Made by a program: the position numbers and the translations under genes
Source: a virus
Lineage: Duplodnaviria > Caudoviricetes
Virus record (IMG/VR): IMGVR_UViG_3300023222_000045
Span: 1-35,618 of that record
Length of the DNA: 35,618 bases
Direction: 5' to 3' (one strand)
Notes under the pieces: generated by a model
Told to the model about the DNA's origin: nothing
The model's input: only the letters and a program-made list of their open reading frames with translations
Database searches by the model: none
Shown here: piece after piece, positions 24,964 to 34,499 of the stretch
How positions within the stretch are numbered: position 1 is the first letter of the stretch
Layout: every line of letters starts with the position of its first letter

Positions 24964-26900
24964 GTAGTTACACTTAAGCTACCACCTAAAGACTTGTTTC
25001 TATCTAGTGTTCGGCTTAATACACCTACTAATTTAGTACCAGCTATTTCAAATACAACATTTCCACCGCCACCCGAAGCAAATCCACCGCCACCGCCACT
25101 TGATCTTCTTGATGATGATGATGCGCCACCGACTCCAGTAGTGTTAGAACCTCCGTTTTGTTGGCTTGAACTAAGACCCGACCCAATAGCAGACAATACA
25201 ACACCTCCAGCAATAGCGGCTAAACCAGCCCCAATACCTGCAATAGTACCAAATAGCTTAACAACAGTACCAGCCAATACAGCGGCAGTACCTAACTCTA
25301 TTAACTTTTGACCCATAGCCGATAGCAAACCACCTAAACTACCTACAATAGACTGCCCTACAGCGTCTAAAACGTTTGCCCCTTCTGCTAGAGCGCTTCC
25401 AATAGATTCACCTAAAGCCATAAACGTAGGTGCGATAGATTGGGTTATTGTTTCGTTAAGTTCTTCGCTTAATCTAGCTAATTTCATTTTTAACAACTCA
25501 AAAGATATATCTACACTTTCCGTGTTTATACCCCCTAATGTTAATTTTGTGTTTTCTTTGAATTGGTCGGAAAGCTGTAAACCCTTTGTGTCTATCCTGT
25601 CAGAATAGTTTTTAATTATAGTGTCAAGACTAGCAATATCCTCAGAAGCGGACACCTTAAATCCTTTTATATCCTGGGGCTTAAACTCCTTTAACTCAAA
25701 ATCTATAGGAACAACACCTCCAGCCTCTCTAACTATTTGTATAAGTTCTGCGTTTTTCTTTAATAAAGGATTTATCTGGTTTAATATCGCTTGAAACTCT
25801 TTTTGTTTCGCATTGTAATTCTCAGAGGCTTTACTTTTTTTCTTAAGAGATTTAGTTTTTGCTTTGTCTTTAACAATACCCAGCTTAACTAATTCAGCCA
25901 GTTTCTGGTCTCTTTGTATTTCTAATAAAGTTAGCTTTCTTTGGTTTTTGGAAATCAATCCAGCCGCCGCCTTTGCCTTGTTTAAATCTTCTATTCTAGA
26001 TATTAACCTCTGAAACGCAAAACCTAATTCCGCGTTGTCTTTTATATCTGTAGTTAAATTCTTAAAGTACGAAGGATAAAGCTTTTGTAGTTCGGCTAAC
26101 GCCCTTTTTCTATGCCCTATATCTCTTGTAGTATCGTGAGTCTGTACTTGAAGCAGTTTTAAATTAGTTAATTCAGAAGCAGAAGCCCTACCCCCTATTA
26201 ACTGGGTTTTTCTTACTGCGTCTAATTGATCCTCATAGTCTTTTAATGCTTTTGTTAACTTCTCTTGCTCTTCTTTTAACGCCTTTGCTTTATCTTTAGT
26301 TTTAAATAAAGAACGGCTAAAAACTAACATTAAAGAGGTAACAACAGAAACGGCAAGTAATATACCAGCGGGACCCGTTAAGGTCGCTAACATACTTTTT
26401 AATGCGGCTTTAGAACCCCCTAATTTAGTGGACAAGTTACCGAATTGCATGGTTAATTGAGTTATATTATTTGCAACCCCTTGAATACCAAAGGGCGCAT
26501 CTTGTATAACTTGTGAAAATGAGGTCATTGAAGGAACGGCATTTGCAGCGCTTTTACCAACTGATTTTAAACCCTTATTACCTAATTTATTAGCCGAATT
26601 ATTTAACCTCATTAAGTTAGCCGATATCTTTAAAGTGTCAGCGGATAATTTATTCCCCTGTACTGATATTTCGGCTAAACCGTTTTTATACGCTTTTTCT
26701 GATATAACACCAGCTTTAAAGTCACGTGTTAATCCTTCTGTTTGTGTAGATAAGTTGGCGGATGCTATTACATTCTTTTTTAGCTGATTATTTAGGTCGG
26801 TTGCTTCTTTTCCGAAACGCTCCATAGCTTTCTCAGCATCTTTAAGCGCCTTCTTTAACCCCTCAGTGCTTGCGCCTATTTCAACTTTTAATTCAGCCAT
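24960..26900 (-). CDS. Tail tape measure protein
   Basis: 646 aa, helical Ala/Leu/Lys-rich, QDAPFG..GVANNITQL motif, follows the chaperone pair. Confidence 0.85.
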   Translation of the reverse strand: MAELKVEIGASTEGLKKALKDAEKAMERFGKEATDLNNQLKKNVIASANLSTQTEGLTRDFKAGVISEKAYKNGLAEISVQGNKLSADTLKISANLMRLNNSANKLGNKGLKSVGKSAANAVPSMTSFSQVIQDAPFGIQGVANNITQLTMQFGNLSTKLGGSKAALKSMLATLTGPAGILLAVSVVTSLMLVFSRSLFKTKDKAKALKEEQEKLTKALKDYEDQLDAVRKTQLIGGRASASELTNLKLLQVQTHDTTRDIGHRKRALAELQKLYPSYFKNLTTDIKDNAELGFAFQRLISRIEDLNKAKAAAGLISKNQRKLTLLEIQRDQKLAELVKLGIVKDKAKTKSLKKKSKASENYNAKQKEFQAILNQINPLLKKNAELIQIVREAGGVVPIDFELKEFKPQDIKGFKVSASEDIASLDTIIKNYSDRIDTKGLQLSDQFKENTKLTLGGINTESVDISFELLKMKLARLSEELNETITQSIAPTFMALGESIGSALAEGANVLDAVGQSIVGSLGGLLSAMGQKLIELGTAAVLAGTVVKLFGTIAGIGAGLAAIAGGVVLSAIGSGLSSSQQNGGSNTTGVGGASSSSRRSSGGGGGFASGGGGNVVFEIAGTKLVGVLSRTLDRNKSLGGSLSVTT

Positions 26901-27230
26901 CTAATAATTGTTTTTGTCTTTGGTACTCTTCTTGAACCTCTTTGATTCTTGCCGCCATGCGCTGAGTTTGCTTAATTGCTTTATTAGGCTCTAACTGCAT
27001 GAACTTCTCTTTAGTCGGTAATCTTTTGCCTTTAATAGCTACATGACTACCGTACATAGCAGCGTATGCAATCTCACGAACCTTGTACCAGTCTGTTTTC
27101 TCTTGTCTATCAAATGCGTAAAGTCTTATCCTAAACTCTGCCCATGTCATAGCGTAAACATAATCTAACGAGGGGCATTTTAACTCCCCCAGAGCCATAG
27201 ATATAACATCTTTAGCCCAATCTACTTTTT
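26893..27230 (-). CDS. Tail assembly chaperone T segment (expressed via -1 frameshift)
   Basis: -1 frame KVDWAKDVISMALGELKC... is open from the slippery site; MTWAEF motif. Confidence 0.75.
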
Positions 27231-27581
27231 TTCCTTCTTGTCTGCTTTACCGTTGTCTTCATCTACTGGAACTCCCTTCGATAAAGATTCCGTGAAAGCG
27301 TGTAAGAACTTTACTAAAGACTCACCGTCTAAACCACCGTCTTTATCTATATCATCCATTAGAGTATACTTAGTAAAGGTAACCTCTTCGCCTTTACTTA
27401 AAAGTGTGTATTCTGCTGACTTAAACATTAGTAACGGTACAAATTTAAAGGGGTTTTTATTTAACTTTTCCACAACCTCGTTTAAGGTCATATCTAAATC
27501 ATCTAATAATTCCCCGATAAATCCCAAACCGAAAGAGCATGTTAATTTCCTTTTATTAATCGTTAAATCTATTTTATTCAT
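27222..27581 (-). CDS. Tail assembly chaperone G
   Basis: Between tail tube and TMP; ends GAA AAA AAG TAG. Confidence 0.8.
   Translation of the reverse strand: MNKIDLTINKRKLTCSFGLGFIGELLDDLDMTLNEVVEKLNKNPFKFVPLLMFKSAEYTLLSKGEEVTFTKYTLMDDIDKDGGLDGESLVKFLHAFTESLSKGVPVDEDNGKADKKEKK
27225..27231 (-). other. -1 programmed frameshift site A AAA AAG
   Basis: Canonical slippery heptamer immediately before the G stop; joins to the T frame. Confidence 0.8.
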
Positions 27582-27618
27582 GTAGTTTAATTTTAGTTTA
27601 ATTTGCTTTGTTTAGTTC

Positions 27619-28065
27619 TTAAGGAACAATAGGATCAACTGTAACAATTGCACCGCTTCCTGATAAAGTAGCTGAAAATGTTGCTATTTCATCACCAGCT
27701 GGAGCGGTTAGTTCTAAATCTTGAAGAATAGCAGTACCGTAATAAGCTACTGTATCAGCTAGACCCGTGTCCATTTTCCACGTCTCAGTACCGCCAGCCA
27801 CTATAAGCGTATGAAGGTAATCATGTGAAGCCTTTGTTATTTCTGCGCCTACAGACGTAGTGTCGATGTATTGACCCTCCATAGGTATCTCATAAACATA
27901 AGAGCCTGCAGTTTTCTCAATAAGACCTGGACTACACTTTGTTTGTGATTCGATAATGGTTCTTGTTTCTGATAGACTGTTCGATGTTAAACATGCAACA
28001 GGTCTATAAATAGAACCGTCATGTATGTAAAGAACAAGCCCGTCACCTGGAATAAATGTACTCAT
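27619..28065 (-). CDS. Major tail (tube) protein
   Basis: Synteny; ACLTSNSLSE...TKC...ATFSATLSGSG pattern; TATATTGC promoter upstream. Confidence 0.8.
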   Translation of the reverse strand: MSTFIPGDGLVLYIHDGSIYRPVACLTSNSLSETRTIIESQTKCSPGLIEKTAGSYVYEIPMEGQYIDTTSVGAEITKASHDYLHTLIVAGGTETWKMDTGLADTVAYYGTAILQDLELTAPAGDEIATFSATLSGSGAIVTVDPIVP

Positions 28066-28105
28066 AATTTGTATTTATTTTAATTAAAATTATTGCAATA
28101 TACGA

Positions 28106-28540
28106 TTATTTAATGGTTAATTCTAACCGCATAAACTTTCTAAATATATTCTCGTTTGCTGTTATTGTTGTTATGTCGTTTGGGAAATCTTGTGTTTGTA
28201 TAAAAACCTCTAAACCACTAGCAACATCTAACACTAAATTATTTGTTAAATTCCTTACCTCGTCTAGTATGTTATCCGCTAAAACTCGACTCCCTGTGTT
28301 ACCTGTTCCTTGATAGGTTGTTATAACATCTAATAATATACTACTATCCCAAAAGAACTCGCATTTATTCGCTTTGTCTACTTCGTTTGTTTGAGTAGTC
28401 ATTAAAATATAGTGTTGTGGTATGTTATTACCCGTTACCCTTGTGTCTTTGCAGGGTATTGTGTTATTGTCAACAACTATATTATTTAACTTGCTAAATA
28501 TAGCTTTACGAACCCATTTGTCTGGTAGTGATTTATTCAT
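28106..28540 (-). CDS. Tail terminator/completion protein
   Basis: 144 aa immediately upstream of the tail tube gene. Confidence 0.65.
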   Translation of the reverse strand: MNKSLPDKWVRKAIFSKLNNIVVDNNTIPCKDTRVTGNNIPQHYILMTTQTNEVDKANKCEFFWDSSILLDVITTYQGTGNTGSRVLADNILDEVRNLTNNLVLDVASGLEVFIQTQDFPNDITTITANENIFRKFMRLELTIK

Positions 28541-28555
28541 TGTTTAATTATAATT

Positions 28556-28915
28556 TTAAATATCCTCTTCATAACCATATAGGCTAAAAGTAGCGTCTTG
28601 GCTTTCGTCTATTTTAACACCAATAGTGTCCGAAAAATTAACTCGAATATGTCCAAGAACTATTGGAACACCTATCGACTCCTTCTCTACTTTAACCTCG
28701 TACGCCCATGCGTTTGACCTATCCCAATTACTGCCGCCTACGTCATGATGTAGGTTTACAGAAACATCATTATCGTAAACAGCAATCCATAAATGCGTAA
28801 GAATTGCTTTCTTTCCTGCTGGCGGTGTGTATAGTACTTGTGCTGTTGTATTAGGTCTTAATTGCGCTAATAACTTTACGTCCCTGTCTGTACCTTGACT
28901 TGCTGAATCTCTCAT
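28556..28915 (-). CDS. Hypothetical structural protein (likely start MRDSASQG)
   Basis: ATG 2 nt after the previous stop; LYTPPAGKKAIL beta-rich motif. Confidence 0.65.
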   Translation of the reverse strand: MRDSASQGTDRDVKLLAQLRPNTTAQVLYTPPAGKKAILTHLWIAVYDNDVSVNLHHDVGGSNWDRSNAWAYEVKVEKESIGVPIVLGHIRVNFSDTIGVKIDESQDATFSLYGYEEDI

Positions 28916-28917
28916 AA

Positions 28918-29229
28918 TTAATATTGTGTTGTGAAAATTTCTGGTGTGCCTGATTCTGATATTGCGGATATCTCCCCTGTATACTTGTCTCCTGGCGGCA
29001 TTTCCCAATAACCTTTCCCCTCTAGCTTAAATCCATTTTTAATATCATCAATACTAGCTGGCTGAAACTTTACGTATATTGCAAAGTTTTCCTGATTAGT
29101 TATACACCAAAAAACCCTTTCTTCAGAAGCTTCTTGTATTGTTATTGAAGTTGAAGAGTTAAGTGCGATTGACCCACTAAGTTCTGCTATATTATTTGTA
29201 TTTACGTTTTGTCCTACTGTCTTTGTCAT
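28918..29229 (-). CDS. Hypothetical structural protein
   Basis: Beta-rich small protein, YTGEISAI C-terminus. Confidence 0.7.
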   Translation of the reverse strand: MTKTVGQNVNTNNIAELSGSIALNSSTSITIQEASEERVFWCITNQENFAIYVKFQPASIDDIKNGFKLEGKGYWEMPPGDKYTGEISAISESGTPEIFTTQY

Positions 29230-29230
29230 A

Positions 29231-30520
29231 TTAATTTTCTATTTCTATCATGAATAATTCCACCACCACACCAACAGATGTATTATTAGATCGTGCTATA
29301 AATTTTAAATCTGTCTTTTCTGGTACTGGCGCTGGCGCTGTAGAAAAATCCAATATAAACGAATTTTGATAATTACCCATTGCGGCAAGCGTAGAGAATC
29401 CATCCGCACCATCAGGTCTAATTAAAGCCCTTGCTGTAACATCATGGTTTTTTGTTACATTAGTTAATACCAACATCGGAAAAGCTGTCTTTCCTGCTGG
29501 GACTGTGTAATGTATATCTTGTGTATTGTTTAAACCGTGTTCATCACCAACTATGGAATCATCATAAGTAATAACCCCTCTTATGTTTTTAGTTGCCGAA
29601 TCCCTTATTATAATTGTACCTAAATTTGATTTGCCGTATAGGTCACTAGAGGCAGACCCCCAGCTAAGGATTGATGCGCTAATAAATCTATAAGCGTTAG
29701 TTGCTACAAATGTGACTGGTGTATGACCGTTTAATGTGATTATTTCGGTTTGCCTTATAAAAGACGAATCTAGGTAAGCTACAACTAAAGTCCTCGCCCC
29801 TGTTCCTGCTGATGTGTCGTTTATATTTTCACAAACGACCTCTAAAGTTTCACCAGATGCAGGGTAAATCATAGCCATAATAGGATTAATTAACCCGTTA
29901 GAAGTTGCGCTACCTGTTGAACTATCTGTTATTGTTTCATTATTTTGAAAAGTGCCTGTTATTTTTCTTATCGTTAATACCCCTGTTGCTCCATCGTCTT
30001 TATCTGTCGCAATTATTGCCGTTGCTCCAGAAGTCCCACCCGTTAATAATAAACCAGCTGTAAAATTTCCTGTTTGCGCATCATAATCTAAAGTAGATAA
30101 TACGCCCGCATCCCAAATATCTTCAAATTGTGTTCCTACCGCTGGGTTTCTGCCCACTAATTGAATCGTTGAACTGCCCGGAATGTTTCCAGCAGCGACC
30201 TCTATACCGTAGGTTGGCAATGGGACTGATTCGCCACTACCCCCTAAATTAAATGTACAAAAGTCTCTAAATTCAGATTCCGTAAAAGCTAAACCAGTGT
30301 CAGGATTGAAAGACTCCGATAAAGCAAACGGCGGGTACAATTCAAATTCTGTACTTTCGCTTAGAAATCTAGTGGTTTCAAATACAACCCTACCGCCTTG
30401 TAACTCTTCCTCATTCCACGTCATCTCCTTAGACGGTATGGGTTGCGGACTATCTATAATACCGCTTACTGTATCTGTAACTATTAAGAAGCCTCCTATC
30501 ACCCCAATTTCCTTGCTCAT
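29231..30520 (-). CDS. Hypothetical virion protein (fibre/decoration-like)
   Basis: Thr/Gly-rich; GRNP..EDIWD, DTSAGTGART, YTVPAGKTA motifs. Confidence 0.7.
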   Translation of the reverse strand: MSKEIGVIGGFLIVTDTVSGIIDSPQPIPSKEMTWNEEELQGGRVVFETTRFLSESTEFELYPPFALSESFNPDTGLAFTESEFRDFCTFNLGGSGESVPLPTYGIEVAAGNIPGSSTIQLVGRNPAVGTQFEDIWDAGVLSTLDYDAQTGNFTAGLLLTGGTSGATAIIATDKDDGATGVLTIRKITGTFQNNETITDSSTGSATSNGLINPIMAMIYPASGETLEVVCENINDTSAGTGARTLVVAYLDSSFIRQTEIITLNGHTPVTFVATNAYRFISASILSWGSASSDLYGKSNLGTIIIRDSATKNIRGVITYDDSIVGDEHGLNNTQDIHYTVPAGKTAFPMLVLTNVTKNHDVTARALIRPDGADGFSTLAAMGNYQNSFILDFSTAPAPVPEKTDLKFIARSNNTSVGVVVELFMIEIEN

Positions 30521-31041
30521 TACTTCTGTTTTTTAATTAATGTTTCTAATCCTTTCTCTAAATCTTGTATATATTGTTTGCGCCCTTTTACAAACGCAGG
30601 GTATAAAAACGGTTGTGCATCCATTCCTTTATTTAATAAAGATACAAAAATTACATAAGCTAACTTAATATCTATACCTTTAGTTCTGCACCAGTCCTCT
30701 ATTGATTTTAAACCCTGCTCGAAACTTCCACCGCCGCCACCTTTAAACTGTGCCGCTATGTCTTTCATTTCTGTAGGTACTTGAACCTTTACACCTGTAC
30801 CAAACTCTACATATGCCCCGTAAGACGCTCCTACGACTATTTTATAGTTTAGTTCGTCTATTTGTACTGTGTGTATGCTTTGTCTTAACTTACCGTTATT
30901 AGACGGCGCTAAAGTCTTTGCGTTTGCCGCTATTTCGTTTGCGTTGGCTTGTGTTATACCTGAAATCAATTTAACCCCTTGTTCACCAAAGCCTTTAAGC
31001 TCTTTTATTACATCTTTTAATCCTTTAACTACTAATTTCAT
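30520..31041 (-). CDS. HK97 gp10-like neck/tail component
   Basis: AP...GKLRQSI, YGAYVEFGTG, AQPFLYPA. Confidence 0.85.
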   Translation of the reverse strand: MKLVVKGLKDVIKELKGFGEQGVKLISGITQANANEIAANAKTLAPSNNGKLRQSIHTVQIDELNYKIVVGASYGAYVEFGTGVKVQVPTEMKDIAAQFKGGGGGSFEQGLKSIEDWCRTKGIDIKLAYVIFVSLLNKGMDAQPFLYPAFVKGRKQYIQDLEKGLETLIKKQK

Positions 31042-31637
31042 GTATTAAGCCTTGTTACAAATAACGTTGTACATGCCTCACTTGATAACGTGCCTCCGTT
31101 AGTTAATACAAAGTCTTTATATGTCTTTACTATTAATGGTATTCCTGTTAATATTGGCTCATTGTCTTTTAATAACTTATTAACAAAAGCTAACGTACAT
31201 GCTTCACTCGATAATACACCGCCTAACGCTTCTACTGTAGCCTTATATCCTGCCGCTATTAATTCCGCTCCTATTGGCGTTAATATTGGCACGCTCTTAA
31301 CAGCTTCTTTAACCGCTATAAATTCAATGTATGAATTATCGTAATTTGTATTAGTTGGGAATGTGTTAATAGTGTATGTTTCCCCTCTATACACTATAAA
31401 CTGATTTATGCTATTATAAGTAAAATCAGATCGCAATCTAACCTTTACAGATATTGCTGTTTGAGTTTCAGAGATACCAAAGTCTGTTAACCTTACATTA
31501 AACTTGTTGTTAAGTGTCTTAACCTCTGCCCATGTAGTAGTTATTTGTTGTGTGTAAACCTTTTCACCTCCGAAGCCGTCCGCTATCTCAACAGTTTGCC
31601 AAACCTCTATTCTCTTTGTTATCTTTCTTGCTCTCAC
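31038..31637 (-). CDS. Head-tail adaptor (head closure) with C-terminal duplicated motif
   Basis: RIEV...DGFGG...WAEV SPP1 gp16-like pattern plus extension. Confidence 0.75.
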   Translation of the reverse strand: MRARKITKRIEVWQTVEIADGFGGEKVYTQQITTTWAEVKTLNNKFNVRLTDFGISETQTAISVKVRLRSDFTYNSINQFIVYRGETYTINTFPTNTNYDNSYIEFIAVKEAVKSVPILTPIGAELIAAGYKATVEALGGVLSSEACTLAFVNKLLKDNEPILTGIPLIVKTYKDFVLTNGGTLSSEACTTLFVTRLNT

Positions 31638-32110
31638 TATATTACAAATCGTTTTAGTTGCCCTAGCATTAACTTAGTGATAGAATCCATATCATCAGGA
31701 AACGATTTACCTGTATCTTTTTCGTAGTACAATAGGTCTATAATCTTTAGCGCTACTGTTCTTACTTCGTCTGGTACATCAGTCGGTAATACATGCCCAA
31801 CGTTTAACGTAAGTATTGTATTATTTGATTCGAACTGATAAGTATCATATAAAGTATAATTCTCAATTGTCAGATCAGCTTCAACAGGTGAAACCGCACT
31901 ATTAATTGGGAAGTCATAAACGCTTATACAACCGTTAATTAACCTATAGTCTATATCTCTAGCAAATACAAAAACCCTTGTTTTCTTCTCTACATAAGAC
32001 AAAGCCGAATTAATCATTATAGTAATTGCCGCATCATCTTCTGTTAAGTCGTCATCAACTCTTAAATACTCTTTAGCTTGTGCTAATGTTATAACGTCTA
32101 TGTATGCCAT
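31637..32110 (-). CDS. Head-tail connector (HK97 gp6-like)
   Basis: ITLAQAKEYLRVD...DDAAI, VPDEV...LYYE. Confidence 0.85.
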   Translation of the reverse strand: MAYIDVITLAQAKEYLRVDDDLTEDDAAITIMINSALSYVEKKTRVFVFARDIDYRLINGCISVYDFPINSAVSPVEADLTIENYTLYDTYQFESNNTILTLNVGHVLPTDVPDEVRTVALKIIDLLYYEKDTGKSFPDDMDSITKLMLGQLKRFVI

Positions 32111-32281
32111 TTATTTAGTCTCTAAATTAACCTTTAATTTCTTATTCTCTTTTACCTTCTCAGCGTAACCGTTAGCAATTAAATACTTTTCGTCTACTTT
32201 ACTAAAAGAAGCCTCTTGACCCTTTTTATATTGCTTTAATCCTTCGCTTTTCTTCTGAAAGTCTATTAATACTTTAATCAT
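32111..32281 (-). CDS. Small hypothetical protein (likely start MIKVLIDF)
   Basis: Typical small gene after MCP; the longer ORF call would cross a terminator. Confidence 0.6.
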   Translation of the reverse strand: MIKVLIDFQKKSEGLKQYKKGQEASFSKVDEKYLIANGYAEKVKENKKLKVNLETK

Positions 32282-32297
32282 ATCTTTGGTGTAAAAT

Positions 32298-32332
32298 AAA
32301 AGCCCAAACCCCATAAAGGAGGAAGGGCTTTT
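32298..32332 (-). terminator. Intrinsic terminator after capsid genes
   Basis: AAAAGCCC/GGGCTTTT stem followed by a T-rich tract. Confidence 0.65.
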
Positions 32333-32359
32333 ACAAATTAAACTATTGTTTAAATCCAC

Positions 32360-32476
32360 TTACTTGCTAGCTTCTAAATGCTTTCCAAGGTCAGTTCTCT
32401 TGCCTTTGTATTGGTCTCCTTTAAAGTACTTCTTTCCTTCTTTAATACAGTAGAACGTTTTTTTTACTTTTGCCAT
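32360..32476 (-). CDS. Small basic protein (38 aa)
   Basis: MAKVKKTFYCIKEGKKYFKGDQYKGKRTDLGKHLEASK right after MCP. Confidence 0.55.
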   Translation of the reverse strand: MAKVKKTFYCIKEGKKYFKGDQYKGKRTDLGKHLEASK

Positions 32477-32501
32477 CTTGTTATATTTTTATAATTAATT
32501 A

Positions 32502-33677
32502 TTAAATTGCCGTAAAATCTCCTAATACAATAGATAACTTATCTTCAACAGCTAAAGCGATTTGACTCTCGATTCTTGCTGTAATCATATTCTTTACGAA
32601 GTTGTCAGAATCCTCTTCTGAGAACGCTAAAGATAATCCTTCTGTTACAATCTTATTGATTCTCGACCAATCAGCAACATAGTAATTATCAGCGGCAACC
32701 CATGTAGCCTTCACTAAAGGAATACCGTTAATTCTCAATACGCCTCCATCTTGTGTTACAACACCTGGTAAACCATATCCTGCACCTGTTGACTTCTCTG
32801 TAATCATAATATCCCAGTAATCAGCAGGAGTTAATGCAATTGCGTTAACGTCTCTGTCTAATCCGTCTAATTTAGCAATCTCAGCAATAAGCATTTCTAC
32901 TTTATTTTGACCCGTGATTACCTCTGTTGAAGCTGTAGCCTCTGCTGTCAATACTGTGTTAAAAGCAGCGTTTTCAGCTTTAGCATAATCTCTTCTTAAC
33001 GCTCTTGGAATAAAAGACTGTAAATAAGGTAAGTTATTACGCATTTTCTTAGAGTAACGTGCAAAACCAGCTAAAAAGTTAGTAGCTACATCAACGTTCA
33101 AGAAATCGTAATCAATCTGGCTTTTAGAAGCCCCTTCTGTTTGATCCGAAATACTACCCTCTCCTGTTACCTCTCTAGTAAACGTATAAGTACCTCCACT
33201 AATATTAACCATTCCTGTTAAGTCAGAAACATTAACTTTCTGATTAGGAAACATAACTACATCAAAATTGTAATCTCTTGGCTCGTCTCCTGATAGGTTA
33301 GCCGTGGTCATATCTCCAACCGCTTTAACCTCTAAAGGTAATGCCGCTTTAAATTGCTTAACAGACCCATTCTCTACTGTTTGAATAGATTCAAAGTTGC
33401 TTTTAATAGTAGCTTTAATATGATCTACATTACCAGCTTCTTGTTTACTCTTTGCTTGTAACTTAAGGTCTAAAGTGTCTAAGTGCTTTTGCATTGCATC
33501 CGCTACTTCTTTATTATCTGCCTTTACAGCATCAACAGCCGACTTAATCTCAGCGGTCATAAATTCCTTATTCTTTGATTCAAACGCTTCTAATGCGCCT
33601 TTAATCTCTCCTTTAGATTTTCCCTCTAAAGTTAGAGCCAACGCTGCTAATGCGTCTTTTACTTCTTGTTCGTTCAT
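32502..33677 (-). CDS. Major capsid protein (HK97 fold)
   Basis: N-terminal coiled-coil delta domain, EGASKSQ, INGIPLV, DNFVKNMITARIE. Confidence 0.93.
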   Translation of the reverse strand: MNEQEVKDALAALALTLEGKSKGEIKGALEAFESKNKEFMTAEIKSAVDAVKADNKEVADAMQKHLDTLDLKLQAKSKQEAGNVDHIKATIKSNFESIQTVENGSVKQFKAALPLEVKAVGDMTTANLSGDEPRDYNFDVVMFPNQKVNVSDLTGMVNISGGTYTFTREVTGEGSISDQTEGASKSQIDYDFLNVDVATNFLAGFARYSKKMRNNLPYLQSFIPRALRRDYAKAENAAFNTVLTAEATASTEVITGQNKVEMLIAEIAKLDGLDRDVNAIALTPADYWDIMITEKSTGAGYGLPGVVTQDGGVLRINGIPLVKATWVAADNYYVADWSRINKIVTEGLSLAFSEEDSDNFVKNMITARIESQIALAVEDKLSIVLGDFTAI

Positions 33678-33679
33678 TG

Positions 33680-34384
33680 TTATAATGATTTTGTAAATTC
33701 GTTTATTATATTTGCTATCGGCTTACTGTCTATTTGAGTGATAATTATCGGCTCTTTTGTAAGTGATTTTTCTTTATTTAATCCTAGATTGTAGGATTCT
33801 AATTGTAATTGCTTTAGGGCTAATTCTAACAAAGCAAATGTATCATCGGTAAATGTACCGTTTCTAATTGCTTTTATTAATAGCTTGCTTTGTTCGTCTA
33901 TCTCCTTAAGGTTTAAACTCTTCATCCCTGTAAATGGAGTGTTTGAGTTTGCGCCTAATGTAACGTTAGAGCCTTCGAATAATTTAAGCTCTGTTAACAT
34001 TCTTGCGTTGCTCTTTGTGTCGTTCTCGGACTGCATAGTAACAAAGCCGATTGAATGCTCTTTTACTATTCCAGCATCGTATAATTTAAGTAAGTCGCTT
34101 GAGTAAGTTGTATCTACTAATGGCGCACTCTCAAAGTACAACCCTTTAGAGTCTTCCCTTAATACATTAAATTTACCGTGTGGTTGTGCCCAGTTGTGTT
34201 GATTAAGAAAGAATATATCTTTTTTACGTTCGTTTATAGATTTAGAGAAAGCTCCTTTAACTATAATATCCCCGTCATGGTCTTTGTTGTCAAAAGCTGA
34301 CAAATAACCTGTTACTATCCGTTTGCTAGTGTCTAAGTCTTTCAACTCTCCAGTAAATGATTTAAACTGTAATAATCTATTCAT
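33680..34384 (-). CDS. HK97-family prohead protease
   Basis: GYLSAF..D.DGDII.KGAF, LNQH, HSIGF, LFEGSNVT.GAN. Confidence 0.92.
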   Translation of the reverse strand: MNRLLQFKSFTGELKDLDTSKRIVTGYLSAFDNKDHDGDIIVKGAFSKSINERKKDIFFLNQHNWAQPHGKFNVLREDSKGLYFESAPLVDTTYSSDLLKLYDAGIVKEHSIGFVTMQSENDTKSNARMLTELKLFEGSNVTLGANSNTPFTGMKSLNLKEIDEQSKLLIKAIRNGTFTDDTFALLELALKQLQLESYNLGLNKEKSLTKEPIIITQIDSKPIANIINEFTKSL

Positions 34385-34448
34385 GTTTCCAAAGATAGGT
34401 AAAATATTTCTTATACGTAAATTATTTCAATAAAACAAGGAAAAGAGG

Positions 34449-34480
34449 TTTTTATATATAAATATATTTATGTATATTTG
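34449..34480 (+). promoter_or_regulatory. Promoter with palindromic operator, copy 5 (plus strand)
   Basis: Reverse-oriented 20-bp core 34455-34474; TATATTTG at 34473-34480. Confidence 0.75.
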
Positions 34481-34499
34481 TAGGATAAAACTAAATAAG

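Noticed and set aside
28916-29008. Extended N-terminus of ORF 28556..29008
   Set aside because: Overlaps the upstream gene by ~90 nt; the ATG at 28915 fits the operon packing
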